DNA of 64,000 nucleotides from the NCBI GenBank assembly GCA_964016885.1, contig OZ024744.1, forward strand, positions 135,780,001 through 135,844,000. Direction: 5' to 3'. Below are positions 42,801 through 57,619 of this stretch, piece after piece; position 1 is the first letter of the stretch, and each line of letters starts with the position of its first letter. The position numbers and the translations under genes were made by a program. Origin of the DNA: Eledone cirrhosa (lineage: Eukaryota). The notes under the pieces were generated by a model. That model was not told where the DNA came from. It did no database searches and worked only from the letters and a program-made list of their open reading frames with translations.

Positions 42801-45800
42801 ACATGTGATGTGTAATGATGAACTGAGAGAGAAACTAGGTATAAGAGGAATCAGATGTAGTGTGTAGGATAGGAGACTGTGTTGGTATAGACATGTGATG
42901 TGTATGGATGAAATGAGAGAGAAACTAGGTATAAGAGGAATCAGATGTAGTGTGTAGGAGAGAAGACTGTGTTTGTATAGACATGGGATGTGTATGGATG
43001 AAGTGAGAGGGAAACTAGGTATAAGAAGAATCAGATGTAGTGTGTAGGAGAGGAGACTGTTTGTATAGACATGTGATGTTTATGGATGAACTGAGAGAGA
43101 AACTAGGTATAAGAGGAATCAGATGTAGTGTGTAGGAGAGGAGACTGTGTTGGTATAGGCATGTGATGTGTATGGATAAACTGAGAGAGAAACTAGGTAT
43201 AAGAGGAATCAGATGTAGTGTGTAGGAGAGGAGACTGTGTTGGTATAGACATATGATGTGTATGGATGAAGTGAGAGAGAAACTAGGTATGAGAAAAATC
43301 AGATGTAGTGTGTAGGAGAGGAGACTGTTTGTATAGACATGTGATGTGTATGGATGAACTGAGAGAGAAACTAGGTATAAGAAGAATCAGATGTAGTGTG
43401 TAGGAGAGGAGACTGTTTGTATAGACATGTGATATGTATGGATGAACTGGGAGAGAAACTAGGTATAAGAGGAATCAGATGTAGGAGAGGTGATTGTGTT
43501 GGTATAGACATGGGATGCGTATAGATGAACTGAGAGAGAAACTAGGTTTAAGAGGAATCAGATGTAGGAGAGGAGACTGTGTTTGTATAGACATGTGATG
43601 TGTATGGATGAACTGAGAGAGAAACTAGGTTTAAGAGGAATCAGATGTAGGAGAGGAGACTGTGTTAGTAGAGACATGGAATGTGTATGGATGAACTGAG
43701 AAAGAATCTAGGTATATGAGGAATCAGATGTAGGAGAGGAGACTGTTAGTATAGACATGGGATGTGTATGGATGAACTGAGAGAGAAACTAGGTATAAGA
43801 GGAATCAGATATAGTGTGTAGGAGAGGAGACTGTGTTGGTATAGACATGTGATGTGTATAGATGAACTGAGAGAGAAACTAGTTATAAGAGGAATCAGAT
43901 GTAGGAGAGGTGATTGTGTGGGTATAGACAGGGGATGTGTATAGATGAACTGAGAGAGAAACTAGGTTTAACCGGAATCAGATGTAGTGTGTAGGAGAGG
44001 AGACTGTGTTGGTATAGACATGTGATGTGTATGGATGAACTGAGAGAGAAACTAGGTATAAGAGGAATCAGATGTAGTGTGTAGGAGAGGAGACTGTGTT
44101 GGTATAGACATGGGATGTGTATGGATGAAGTGAGAGGGAAACTAGGTAGGAGAAGAATCAGATGTAGTGTGTAGGAGAGGAGACTGTTTGTATAGACATG
44201 TGATGTGTATGGATGAACTGAGAGAGAAACTAGGTATAAGAGGAATCAGATGTAGTGTGTAGGAGAGGAGACTGTGTTGGTATAGACATATGATGTGTAT
44301 GGATGAAGTGAGAGAGAAACTAGGTATGAGAAGAATCAGATGTAGTGTGTAGGAGAGGAGACTGTTTGTATAGACATGTGATGTGTATGGATGAACTGAG
44401 AGAGAAACTAGGTATAAGAAGAATCAGATGTAGTGTGTAGGAGAGGAGACTGTTTGTATAGACATGTGATGTGTATGGATGAACTGGGAGAGAAACTAGG
44501 TATAAGAGGAATCAGATGTAGGAGAGGTGATTGTGTTGGTATAGACATGGGATGTGTATAGATGAACTGAGAGAGAAACTAGGTTTAAGAGGAATCAGAT
44601 GTAGGAGAGGAGACTGTGTTTGTATAGACATGTGATGTGTATGGATGAACTGAGAGAGAAACTAGGTTTAAGAGGAATCAGATGTAGGAGAGGAGACTGT
44701 GTTAGTAGAGACATGGAATGTGTATGGATGAACTGAGAAAGAAACTAGGTATAAGACGAATCAGATGTAGGAGAGGAGACTGTTAGCATAGACATGGGAT
44801 GTGTATGGATGAACTGAGAGAGAAACTAGGTATAAGAGGAATCAGATGTAGGAGAGGAGACTGTGTTGGTATAGACATGTGATGTGTATGGATGAACTGA
44901 GAGAGAAACTAGGTATAAGAGGAATCAGATATAGTGTGTAGGAGAGGAGACTGTGTTGGTATAGACATGTGATGTGTATAGATGAACTGAGAGAGAAACT
45001 AGTTATAAGAGGAATCAGATGTAGGAGAGGTGATTGTGTGGGTATAGACAGGGGATGTGTATAGATGAACTGAGAGAGAAACTAGGTTTAACAGGAATCA
45101 GATGTAGGAGAGGAGACTGTTTGTATAGACATGTGATGTGTATGGATGAACTGAGAGAGAAACTAGGTATATATAGGAATCAGATGTAGTGTGTAGGAGA
45201 GGAGACTGTGTTGGTATAGACATGTGATGTGTATGGATGAACTGAGAGAGAAACTAGGTATAAGAGGAATCAGATGTAGTGTGTAGGAGAGGAGACTGTG
45301 TTGGTATAGACATGGGATGTGTATGGATGAAGTGAGAGGGAAACTAGGTATAACAGGAATCAGAGGTAGTGTGTAGGAGAGGAGACTGTGTTGGTATAGA
45401 CATGTGATGTGTAATGATGAACTGAGAGAGAAACTAGGTATAAGAGGAATCAGATGTAGTGTGTAGGATAGGAGACTGTGTTGGTATAGACATGTGATGT
45501 GTATGGATGAAATGAGAGAGAAACTAGGTATAAGAGGAATCAGATGTAGTGTGTAGGAGAGAAGACTGTGTTTGTATAGACATGGGATGTGTATGGATGA
45601 AGTGAGAGGGAAACTAGGTATAAGAAGAATCAGATGTAGTGTGTAGGAGAGGAGACTGTTTGTATAGACATGTGATGTTTATGGATGAACTGAGAGAGAA
45701 ACTAGGTATAAGAGGAATCAGATGTAGTGTGTAGGAGAGGAGACTGTGTTGGTATAGGCATGTGATGTGTATGGATAAACTGAGAGAGAAACTAGGTATA

Positions 45801-48800
45801 AGAGGAATCAGATGTAGTGTGTAGGAGAGGAGACTGTGTTGGTATAGACATATGATGTGTATGGATGAAGTGAGAGAGAAACTAGGTATGAGAAAAATCA
45901 GATGTAGTGTGTAGGAGAGGAGACTGTTTGTATAGACATGTGATGTGTATGGATGAACTGAGAGAGAAACTAGGTATAAGAAGAATCAGATGTAGTGTGT
46001 AGGAGAGGAGACTGTTTGTATAGACATGTGATATGTATGGATGAACTGGGAGAGAAACTAGGTATAAGAGGAATCAGATGTAGGAGAGGTGATTGTGTTG
46101 GTATAGACATGGGATGCGTATAGATGAACTGAGAGAGAAACTAGGTTTAAGAGGAATCAGATGTAGGAGAGGAGACTGTGTTTGTATAGACATGTGATGT
46201 GTATGGATTAACTGAGAGAGAAACTAGGTTTAAGAGGAATCAGATGTAGGAGAGGAGACTGTGTTAGTAGAGACATGGAATGTGTATGGATGAACTGAGA
46301 AAGAATCTAGGTATATGAGGAATCAGATGTAGGAGAGGAGACTGTTAGTATAGACATGGGATGTGTATGGATGAACTGAGAGAGAAACTAGGTATAAGAG
46401 GAATCAGATGTAGGAGAGGAGACTGTGTTGGTATAGACATGTGATGTGTATGGATGAACTGAGAGAGAAACTAGGTATAAGAGGAATCAGATATAGTGTG
46501 TAGGAGAGGAGACTGTGTTGGTATAGACATGTGATGTGTATAGATGAACTGAGAGAGAAACTAGTTATAAGAGGAATCAGATGTAGGAGAGGTGATTGTG
46601 TGTGTATAGACAGGGGATGTGTATAGATGAACTGAGAGAGAAACTAGGTATAAGAGGAATCAGATGTAGTGTGTAGGAGAGGAGACTGTGTTGGTATAGA
46701 CATGGGATGTGTATGGATGAAGTGAGAGGGAAACTAGGTATAACAGGAATCAGAGGTAGTGTGTAGGAGAGGAGACTGTGTTGGTATAGACATGTGATGT
46801 GTAATGATGAACTGAGAGAGAAACTAGGTATAAGAGGAATCAGATGTAGTGTGTAGGATAGGAGACTGTGTTGGTATAGACATGTGATGTGTATGGATGA
46901 AATGAGAGAGAAACTAGGTATAAGAGGAATCAGATGTAGTGTGTAGGAGAGAAGACTGTGTTTGTATAGACATGGGATGTGTATGGATGAAGTGAGAGGG
47001 AAACTAGGTATAAGAAGAATCAGATGTAGTGTGTAGGAGAGGAGACTGTTTGTATAGACATGTGATGTTTATGGATGAACTGAGAGAGAAACTAGGTATA
47101 AGAGGAATCAGATGTAGTGTGTAGGAGAGGAGACTGTGTTGGTATAGGCATGTGATGTGTATGGATAAACTGAGAGAGAAACTAGGTATAAGAGGAATCA
47201 GATGTAGTGTGTAGGAGAGGAGACTGTGTTGGTATAGACATATGATGTGTATGGATGAAGTGAGAGAGAAACTAGGTATGAGAAAAATCAGATGTAGTGT
47301 GTAGGAGAGGAGACTGTTTGTATAGACATGTGATTTGTATGGATGAACTGAGAGAGAAACTAGGTATAAGAAGAATCAGATGTAGTGTGTAGGAGAGGAG
47401 ACTGTTTGTATAGACATGTGATATGTATGGATGAACTGGGAGAGAAACTAGGTATAAGAGGAATCAGATGTAGGAGAGGTGATTGTGTTGGTATAGACAT
47501 GGGATGCGTATAGATGAACTGAGAGAGAAACTAGGTTTAAGAGGAATCAGATGTAGGAGAGGAGACTGTGTTTGTATAGACATGTGATGTGTATGGATTA
47601 ACTGAGAGAGAAACTAGGTTTAAGAGGAATCAGATGTAGGAGAGGAGACTGTGTTAGTAGAGACATGGAATGTGTATGGATGAACTGAGAAAGAATCTAG
47701 GTATATGAGGAATCAGATGTAGGAGAGGAGACTGTTAGTATAGACATGGGATGTGTATGGATGAACTGAGAGAGAAACTAGGTATAAGAGGAATCAGATG
47801 TAGGAGAGGAGACTGTGTTGGTATAGACATGTGATGTGTATGGATGAACTGAGAGAGAAACTAGGTATAAGAGGAATCAGATATAGTGTGTAGGAGAGGA
47901 GACTGTGTTGGTATAGACATGTGATGTGTATAGATGAACTGAGAGAGAAACTAGTTATAAGAGGAATCAGATGTAGGAGAGGTGATTGTGTGTGTATAGA
48001 CAGGGGATGTGTATAGATGAACTGAGAGAGAAACTAGGTTTAACAGGAATCAGATGTAGTGTGTAGGAGAGGAGACTGTGTTGGTATAGACATGTGATGT
48101 GTATGGATGAACTGAGAGAGAAACTAGGTATAAGAGGAATCAGATGTAGTGTGTAGGAGAGGTGACTGTGTTAGTATAGACATGTGATGAACTGAGAGAG
48201 AAACTAGGTATAAGAGGAATCAGATGTAGTGTGTAGGAGAGGAGACTGTGTTGGTATAGACATGTGATGAACAGAGATGAACTGAGAGAGAAACTAGGTA
48301 TAAGAGGAATCAGATGTAGTGTGTAGGAGAGGAGACTGTCTTTCTATAGACATGTGATGTGTATAGATGAATTGAGAGAGAAACTAGGTATAAGAGGAAT
48401 CAGATGTAGTGTGTAGGAGAGGAGACTGTTTGTATAGACATGTGATGTGTATGGATGAACTGGGAGAGAAACTAGGTATAAGAGGAATCAGATGTAGGAG
48501 AGGTGATTGTGTTGGTATAGACATGGGATGTGTATAGATGAACTGAGAGAGAAACTAGGTTTAAGAGGAATCAGATGTAGGAGAGGAGACTGTGTTTGTA
48601 TAGACATGTGATGTGTATGGATGAACTGAGAGAGAAACTAGGTTTAAGAGGAATTAGATGTAGTGTGTAGGAGAGGAGACTGTGTTGGTATAGACATGTG
48701 ATGTGTATGGATGAACTGAGAAAGAAACTAGGTATAAGACGAATCAGATGTAGGAGAGGAGACTGTTAGTATAGACATGGGATGTGTATGGATGAACTGA

Positions 48801-51800
48801 GAGAGAAACTAGGTATAAGAGGAATCAGATGTAGGAGAGGAGACTGTGTTGGTATAGACATGTGATGTGTATGGATGAACTGAGAGAGAAACTAGGTATA
48901 AGAGGAATCAGATATAGTGTGTAGGAGAGGAGACTGTGTTGGTATAGACATGTGATGTGTATAGATGAACTGAGAGAGAAACTAGTTATAAGAGGAATCA
49001 GATGTAGGAGAGGTGATTGTGTGGGTATAGACAGGGGATGTGTATAGATGAACTGAGAGAGAAACTAGGTTTAACCGGAATCAGATGTGGTGTGTAGGAG
49101 AGGAGACTGTGTTGGTATAGACATGTGATGTGTATGGATGAACTGAGAGAGAAACTAGGTATAAGAGGAATCAGATGTAGTGTGTAGGAGAGGAGACTGT
49201 GTTGGTATAGACATGTGATGTGTATGGATGAAGTGAGAGAGAAACTAGGTATGAGAAGAATCAGATGTAGTGTGTAGGAGAGGAGACTGTTTGTATAGAC
49301 ATGTGATGTGTATGTATGAACTGGGAGAGAAACTAGGTATAAGAGGAATCAGATGTAGGAGAGGTGATTGTGTTGGTATAGACATGGGATATGTATAGAT
49401 GAACTGAGAGAGAAACTAGGTTTAAGAGGAATCAGATGTAGTGTGTAGGAGAGGAGACTGTGTTTGTATAGACATGTGATGTGTATGGATGAACTGAGAG
49501 AGAAACTAGGTTTAAGAGGAATCAGATGTAGTGTGTAGGAGAGGAGACTGTTTGTATAGACATGTGATGTGTATGTATGAACTGGGAGAGAAACTAGGTA
49601 TAAGAGGAATCAGATGTAGGAGAGGTGATTGTGTTGGTATAGACATGTGATGTGTATGGATGAAGTGAGAGAGAAACTAGGTATGAGAAGAATCAGATGT
49701 AGTGTGTAGGAGAGGAGACTGTGTTTGTATAGACATGTGATGTGTATGGATGAACTGAGAGAGAAACTAGGTTTAAGAGGAATCAGATGTAGTGTGTAGG
49801 AGAGGAGACTGTGTTGGTATAGACATGTGATGTGTATGGATGAAGTGAGAGAGAAACTAGGTATGAGAAGAATCAGATGTAGTGTGTAGGAGAGGAGACT
49901 GTGTTTGTATAGACATGTGATGTGTATGGATGAACTGAGAGAGAAACTAGGTTTAAGAGGAATCAGATGTAGGAGAGGAGACTGTGTTAGTAGAGACATG
50001 GAATGTGTATGGATGAACTGAGAAAGAAACTAGGTATAAGACGAATCAGATGTAGGAGAGGAGACTGTTAGTATAGACATGGGATGTGTATGGATGAACT
50101 GAGAGAGAAACTAGGTATAAGAGGAATCAGATGTAGGAGAGGAGACTGTGTTGGTATAGACATGTGATGTGTATGGATGAACTGAGAGAGAAACTAGGTA
50201 TAAGAGGAATCAGATATAGTGTGTAGGAGAGGAGACTGTGTTGGTATAGACATGTGATGTGTATAGATGAACTGAGAGAGAAACTAGTTATAAGAGGAAT
50301 CAGATGTAGGAGAGGTGATTGTGTGGGTATAGACAGGGGATGTGTATAGATGAACTGAGAGAGAAACTAGGTTTAACAGGAATCAGATGTAGTGTGTAGG
50401 AGAGGAGACTGTGTTGGTATAGACATGTGATGTGTATGGATGAACTGAGAGAGAAACTAGGTATAAGAGGAATCAGATGTAGTGTGTAGGAGAGGAGACT
50501 GTGTTGGTATAGACATGTGATGTGTATGGATGAAGTGAGAGAGAAACTAGGTATGAGAAGAATCAGATGTAGTGTGTAGGAGAGGAGACTGTTTGTATCG
50601 ACATGTGATGTGTATGTATGAACTGGGAGAGAAACTAGGTATAAGAGGAATCAGATGTAGGAGAGGTCATTGTGTTGGTATAGACATGGGATGTGTATAG
50701 ATGAACTGAGAGAGAAACTAGGTTTAAGAGGAATCAGATGTAGGAGAGGAGACTGTGTTTGTATAGACATGTGATGTGTATGGATGAACTGACAGAGAAA
50801 CTAGGTATAAGAGGAATCAGATGTAGGAGAGGAGACTGTTAGTATAGACATGGGATGTGTATGGATGAACTGAGAGAGAAACTAGGTATAAGAGGAATCA
50901 GATGTAGGACAGGAGACTGTGTTGGTATAGACAGGGGATGTGTATGGATGAACTAAGAAAGAAACTATGAATAACAGGAATCAGATGTAGTGTGTAGGAG
51001 AGGAGACTGTGTTTGTATAGACATGTGATGTGTATGGATAAACTGAGAGAGAAACTAGTTATAAGAGGAATCAGATGTAGGAGAGGTGATTGTATGGGTA
51101 TAGACAGGGGATGTGTATGGATGAACTGAGAGAGAAACTAGGTTTAACAGGAATCAGATGTAGCGTGTAGGAGAGGAGACTGTGTTGGTATAGACATGTG
51201 ATGTGTATGGATGAACTGAGAGATAAACAAGGTAAAAGAGGAATCAGATGTAGTGTGTAGGAGAGGAGACTGTGTTGGTATAGATATGTGATGTGTATGG
51301 ATGAACTGAGAGATAAACAAGGTAAAAGAGGAATCAGATGTAGTGTGTAGGAGAGGAGACTGTGTTGGTATAGAGATGTGATGAACTGAGATAAACAAGG
51401 TATAAGAGGAATCAGATGTAGTGTGTAGGATAGGAGACTGTGTTTGTATAGACATGGGATGTGTATGGATGAACTGAGAGAGAAACTAGGTATAAGAGGA
51501 ATCAGATATAGGAGAGGAGACTGTGTTGGTATAGACATGTGATGTGTATGGATGAACTGAGAGAGAAACTAGGTATAAGAGGAATCAGATGTAGGAGAGG
51601 AGACTGTGTTGGTATAGACATGTGATGTGTATGGATGAACTGAGAGAGAAACTAGGTATAAGAGGAATCAGATGTAGGAGAGGAGACTGTGTTGGTATAG
51701 ACATGTGATGTGTATGGATAAACTGAGAGAGAAACTAGGTATATATAGGAATCAGATGTAGTGTGTAGGAGAGGAGACTGTGTTGGTATAGGCATGTGAT

Positions 51801-53915
51801 GTGTATGGATAAACTGAGAGAGAAACTAGGTATAAGAAGAATCAGATGTAGTGTGTAGGAGAGGAGACTGTTTGTATAGACATGTGATGTGTATGGATGA
51901 ACTGGGAGAGAAACTAGGTATAAGAGGAATCAGATGTAGGAGAGGTGATTGTGTTGGTATAGACATGTGATGTGTATAGATGAACTGAGAGAGAAACTAG
52001 TTATAAGAGGAATCAGATGTAGGAGAGGAGACTGTTTGTATAGACATGTGATGTGTATGGATGAACTGAGAGAGAAACTAGGTATATATAGGAATCAGAT
52101 GTAGTGTGTAGGAGAGGAGACTGTGTTGGTATAGACATGTGATGTGTATGGATGAACTGAGAGAGAAACTCGGTATAAGAGGAATCAGATGTAGTGTGTA
52201 GGAGAGGAGACTGTGTTGGTATAGACATGTGATGTGTATGGATGAAGTGAGAGAGAAACTAGGTATGAGAAGAATCAGATGTAGTGTGTAGGAGAGGAGA
52301 CTGTTTGTATAGACATGTGATGTGTATGTATGAACTGGGAGAGAAACTAGGTATAAGAGGAATCAGATGTAGGAGAGGTGATTGTGTTGGTATAGACATG
52401 GGATGTGTATAGATGAACTGAGAGAGAAACTAGGTTTAAGAGGAATCAGATGTAGGAGAGGAGACTGTGTTAGTAGAGACATGGAATGTGTATGGATGAA
52501 CTGAGAGAGAAACTAGGTATAAGAGGAATCAGATGTAGGAGAGGAGACTGTTAGTATAGACATGGGATGTGTATGGATGAACTGAGAGAGAAACTAGGTA
52601 TAAGAGGAATCAGATGTAGGAGAGGAGACTGTGTTGGTATAGACATGTGATGTGTATGGATGAACTGAGAGAGAAACTAGGTATAAGAGGAATCAGATGT
52701 AGTGTGTAGAAGAGGAGACTGTGTTGGTATAGACATGTGATGTGTATGGATGAACTGAGAGAGAAACTAATTATAAGAGGGATCAGATGTAGGAGAGGTG
52801 ATTGTTTGGGTATAGACATGGGAGGTGTATAGATGAACTGAGAGAGAAACTAGGTTTAACAGGAATCAGAGGTAGTGTGTAGGAGAGGAGACTGTGTTGG
52901 TATAGACATGTGATGTGTAATGATGAACTGAGAGAGAAACTAGGTATAAGAGGAATCAGATGTAGTGTGTAGGATAGGAGACTGTGTTGGTATAGACATG
53001 TGATGTGTATGGATGAAATGAGAGAGAAACTAGGTATAAGAGGAATCAGATGTAGTGTGTAGGAGAGAAGACTGTGTTTGTATAGACATGGGATGTGTAT
53101 GGATGAAGTGAGAGGGAAACTAGGTATAAGAAGAATCAGATGTAGTGTGTAGGAGAGGAGACTGTTTGTATAGACATGTGATGTTTATGGATGAACTGAG
53201 AGAGAAACTAGGTATAAGAGGAATCAGATGTAGTGTGTAGGAGAGGAGACTGTGTTGGTATAGGCATGTGATGTGTATGGATAAACTGAGAGAGAAACTA
53301 GGTATAAGAGGAATCAGATGTAGTGTGTAGGAGAGGAGACTGTGTTGGTATAGACATATGATGTGTATGGATGAAGTGAGAGAGAAACTAGGTATGAGAA
53401 AAATCAGATGTAGTGTGTAGGAGAGGAGACTGTTTGTATAGACATGTGATGTGTATGGATGAACTGAGAGAGAAACTAGGTATAAGAAGAATCAGATGTA
53501 GTGTGTAGGAGAGGAGACTGTTTGTATAGACATGTGATATGTATGGATGAACTGGGACAGAAACTAGGTATAAGAGGAATCAGATGTAGGAGAGGTGATT
53601 GTGTTGGTATAGACATGGGATGCGTATAGATGAACTGAGAGAGAAACTAGGTTTAAGAGGAATCAGATGTAGGAGAGGAGACTGTGTTTGTATAGACATG
53701 TGATGTGTATGGATGAACTGAGAGAGAAACTAGGTTTAAGAGGAATCAGATGTAGGAGAGGAGACTGTGTTAGTAGAGACATGGAATGTGTATGGATGAA
53801 CTGAGAAAGAATCTAGGTATATGAGGAATCAGATGTAGGAGAGGAGACTGTTAGTATAGACATGGGATGTGTATGGATGAACTGAGAGAGAAACTAGGTA
53901 TAAGAGGAATCAGAT
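33655..53915. repeat. 10105-bp near-identical tandem duplication (~33655-43760 and ~43761-53915)
   Basis: ORF pairs 39505/49610, 40966/51071, 41039/51144 and 42505/52610 are all offset by 10105. Markers accgg at 33866/43971 and tatcgac at 40491/50596. About 7 differences were noticed by eye. Confidence 0.93.
35131..37934. repeat. 1390-bp 16-mer higher-order repeat, 2 tandem copies (repeated at ~45236-48039; 1.2 copies at ~28405-30131)
   Basis: Marker gatgaagtgagagggaaactaggtataacaggaatcagagg at 35221 and 36611 (offset 1390; likewise 28501/29891). 7x90+3x88+5x83+81 = 1390. Confidence 0.9.
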
Positions 53916-56900
53916 GTAGGAGAGGAGACTGTGTTGGTATAGGCATGTGATGTGTATGGATAAACTGAGAGAGAAACAAGGTATAAGAAGAATCAGATGT
54001 AGTGTGTAGGAGAGGAGACTGTTTGTATAGACATGTGATGTGTATGGATGAACTGGGAGAGAAACTAGGTATAAGAGGAATCAGATGTAGGAGAGGTGAT
54101 TGTGTTGGTATAGACATGTGATGTGTATAGATGAACTGAGAGAGAAACTAGTTATAAGAGGAATCAGATGTAGGAGAGGAGACTGTTTGTATAGACATGT
54201 GATGTGTATGGATGAACTGAGAGAGAAACTAGGTATATATAGGAATCAGATGTAGTGTGTAGGAGAGGAGACTGTGTTGGTATAGACATGTGATGTGTAT
54301 GGATGAACTGAGAGAGAAACTAGGTATAAGAGGAATCAGATGTAGTGTGTAGGAGAGGAGACTGTGTTGGTATAGACATGTGATGTGTATGGATGAAGTG
54401 AGAGAGAAACTAGGTATGAGAAGAATCAGATGTAGTGTGTAGGAGAGGAGACTGTTTGTATAGACATGTGATGTGTATGTATGAACTGGGAGAGAAACTA
54501 GGTATAAGAGGAATCAGATGTAGGAGAGGTGATTGTGTTGGTATAGACATGGGATGTGTATAGATGAACTGAGAGAGAAACTAGGTTTAAGAGGAATCAG
54601 ATGTAGGAGAGGAGACTGTGTTAGTAGAGACATGGAATGTGTATGGATGAACTGAGAGAGAAACTAGGTATAAGAGGAATCAGATGTAGGAGAGGAGACT
54701 GTTAGTATAGACATGGGATGTGTATGGATGAACTGAGAGAGAAACTAGGTATAAGAGGAATCAGATGTAGGAGAGGAGACTGTGTTGGTATAGACATGTG
54801 ATGTGTATGGATGAACTGAGAGAGAAACTAGGTATAAGAGGAATCAGATATAGTGTGTAGGAGAGGAGACTGTGTTGGTATAGACATGTGATGTGTATAG
54901 ATGAACTGAGAGAGAAACTAGTTATAAGAGGAATCAGATGTAGGAGAGGTGATTGTGTGGGTGTAGACAGGGGATGTGTATAGATGAACTGAGAGAGAAA
55001 CTAGGTTTAACAGGAATCAGATGTAGTGTGTAGGAGAGGAGACTGTGTTGGTATAGACATGTGATGTGTATGGATGAACTGAGAGAGAAACTAGGTATAA
55101 GAGGAATCAGATGTAGTGTGTAGGAGAGGAGACTGTGTTGGTATAGACATGTGATGTGTATGGATGAAGTGAGAGAGAAACTAGGTATGAGAAGAATCAG
55201 ATGTAGTGTGTAGGAGAGGAGACTGTTTGTATAGACATGTGATGTGTATGTATGAACTGGGAGAGAAACTAGGTATAAGAGGAATCAGATGTAGGAGAGG
55301 TGATTGTGTTGGTATAGACATGGGATGTGTATAGATGAATTGAGAGAGAAACTAGGTTTAAGAGGAATCAGATGTAGTGTGTAGGAGAGGAGACTGTGTT
55401 GCTATAGACATGTGATGTGTATGGATGAAGTGAGAGAGAAACTAGGTATGAGGAGAATCAGATGTAGTGTGTAGGAGAGGAGACTGTGTTTGTATAGACA
55501 TGTGATGTGTATGGATGAACTGAGAGAGAAACTAGGTTTAAGAGGAATCAGATGTAGTGTGTAGGAGAGGAGACTGTGTTGGTATAGACATGTGATGTGT
55601 ATGGATGAAGTGAGAGAGAAACTAGGTATGAGAAGAATCAGATGTAGTGTGTAGGAGAGGAGACTGTGTTTGTATAGACATGTGATGTGTATGGATGAAC
55701 TGAGAGAGAAACTAGGTATAAGAGGAATCAGATATAGGAGAGGAGACTGTGTTGGTATAGACATGTGATGTGTATGGATGAACTGAGAGAGAAACTAGGT
55801 ATAAGAGGAATCAGATGTAGGAGAGGAGACTGTGTTGGTATAGACATGTGATGTGTATGGATGAACTGAGAGAGAAACTAGGTATAAGAGGAATCAGATG
55901 TAGGAGAGGAGACTGTGTTGGTATAGACATGTGATGTGTATGGATAAACTGAGAGAGAAACTAGGTATATATAGGAATCAGATGTAGTGTGTAGGAGAGG
56001 AGACTGTGTTGGTATAGACATGTGATGTGTAATGATGAACTGAGAGAGAAACTAGGTATAAGAGGAATCAGATGTAGTGTGTAGGAGAGTAGACTGTGTT
56101 GGTATAGACATGGGATGTGTATGGATGAAGTGAGAGGGAACCTAGGTATAAGAAGAATCAGATGTAGTGTGTAGGATAGGAGACTGTGTTGGTATAGACA
56201 TGTGATGTGTATGGATGAAATGAGAGAGAAACTAGATATAAGAGGAATCAGATGTAGTGTGTAGGAGAGAAGACTGTGTTTGTATAGACATGGGATGTGT
56301 ATGGATGAAGTGAGAGGGAAACTAGGTATAAGAAGAATCAGATGTAGTGTGTAGGAGAGGAGACTGTTTGTATAGACATGTGATGTGTATGGATGAACTG
56401 AGAGAGAAACTAGGTATAAGAGGAATCAGATGTAGTGTGTAGGAGAGGAGACTGTGTTGGTATAGGCATGTGATGTGTATGGATAAACTGAGAGAGAAAC
56501 TAGGTATAAGAGGAATCAGATGTAGTGTGTAGGAGAGGAGACTGTGTTGGTATAGACATATGATGTGTATGGATGAAGTGAGAGAGAAACTAGGTATGAG
56601 AAAAATCAGATGTAGTGTGTAGGAGAGGAGACTGTTTGTATAGACATGTGATGTGTATGGATGAACTGAGAGAGAAACTAGGTATAAGAAGAATCAGATG
56701 TAGTGTGTAGGAGAGGAGACTGTTTGTATAGACATGTGATATGTATGGATGAACTGGGAGAGAAACTAGGTATAAGAGGAATCAGATGTAGGAGAGGTGA
56801 TTGTGTTGGTATAGACATGGGATGCGTATAGATGAACTGAGAGAGAAACTAGGTTTAAGAGGAATCAGATGTAGGAGAGGAGACTGTGTTTGTATAGACA

Positions 56901-57619
56901 TGTGATGTGTATGGATGAACTGAGAGAGAAACTAGGTTTAAGAGGAATCAGATGTAGGAGAGGAGACTGTTAGTATAGACATGGGATGTGTATGGATGAA
57001 CTGAGAGAGAAACTAGGTATAAGAGGAATCAGATGTAGGAGAGGAGACTGTGTTGGTATAGACATGTGATGTGTATGGATGAACTGAGAGAGAAACTAGG
57101 TATAAGAGGAATCAGATATAGTGTGTAGGAGAGGAGACTGTGTTGGTATAGACATGTGATGTGTATAGATGAACTGAGAGAGAAACTAGTTATAAGAGGA
57201 ATCAGATGTAGGAGAGGTGATTGTGTGGGTATAGACAGGGGATGTGTATAGATGAACTGAGAGAGAAACTAGGTTTAACAGGAATCAGATGTAGTGTGTA
57301 GGAGAGGAGACTGTGTTGGTATAGACATGTGATGTGTATGGATGAACTGAGAGAGAAACTAGGTATAAGAGGAATCAGATGTAGTGTGTAGGAGAGGAGA
57401 CTGTGTTGGTATAGATATGTGATGTGTATGGATGAAGTGAGAGAGAAACTAGGTATGAGAAGAATCAGATGTAGTGTGTAGGAGAGGAGACTGTATAGAC
57501 ATGTGATGTGTATGTATGAACTGGGAGAGAAACTAGGTATAAGAGGAATCAGATGTAGGAGAGGTGATTGTGTTGGTATAGACATGGGATGTGTATAGAT
57601 GAATTGAGAGAGAAACTAG

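Noticed and set aside
57481-57510. Single 84-bp monomer (GAGACTGTATAGAC, 6-bp deletion) and other singleton substitutions
   Set aside because: These are isolated events that cannot be distinguished from consensus error or ordinary slippage without reads.
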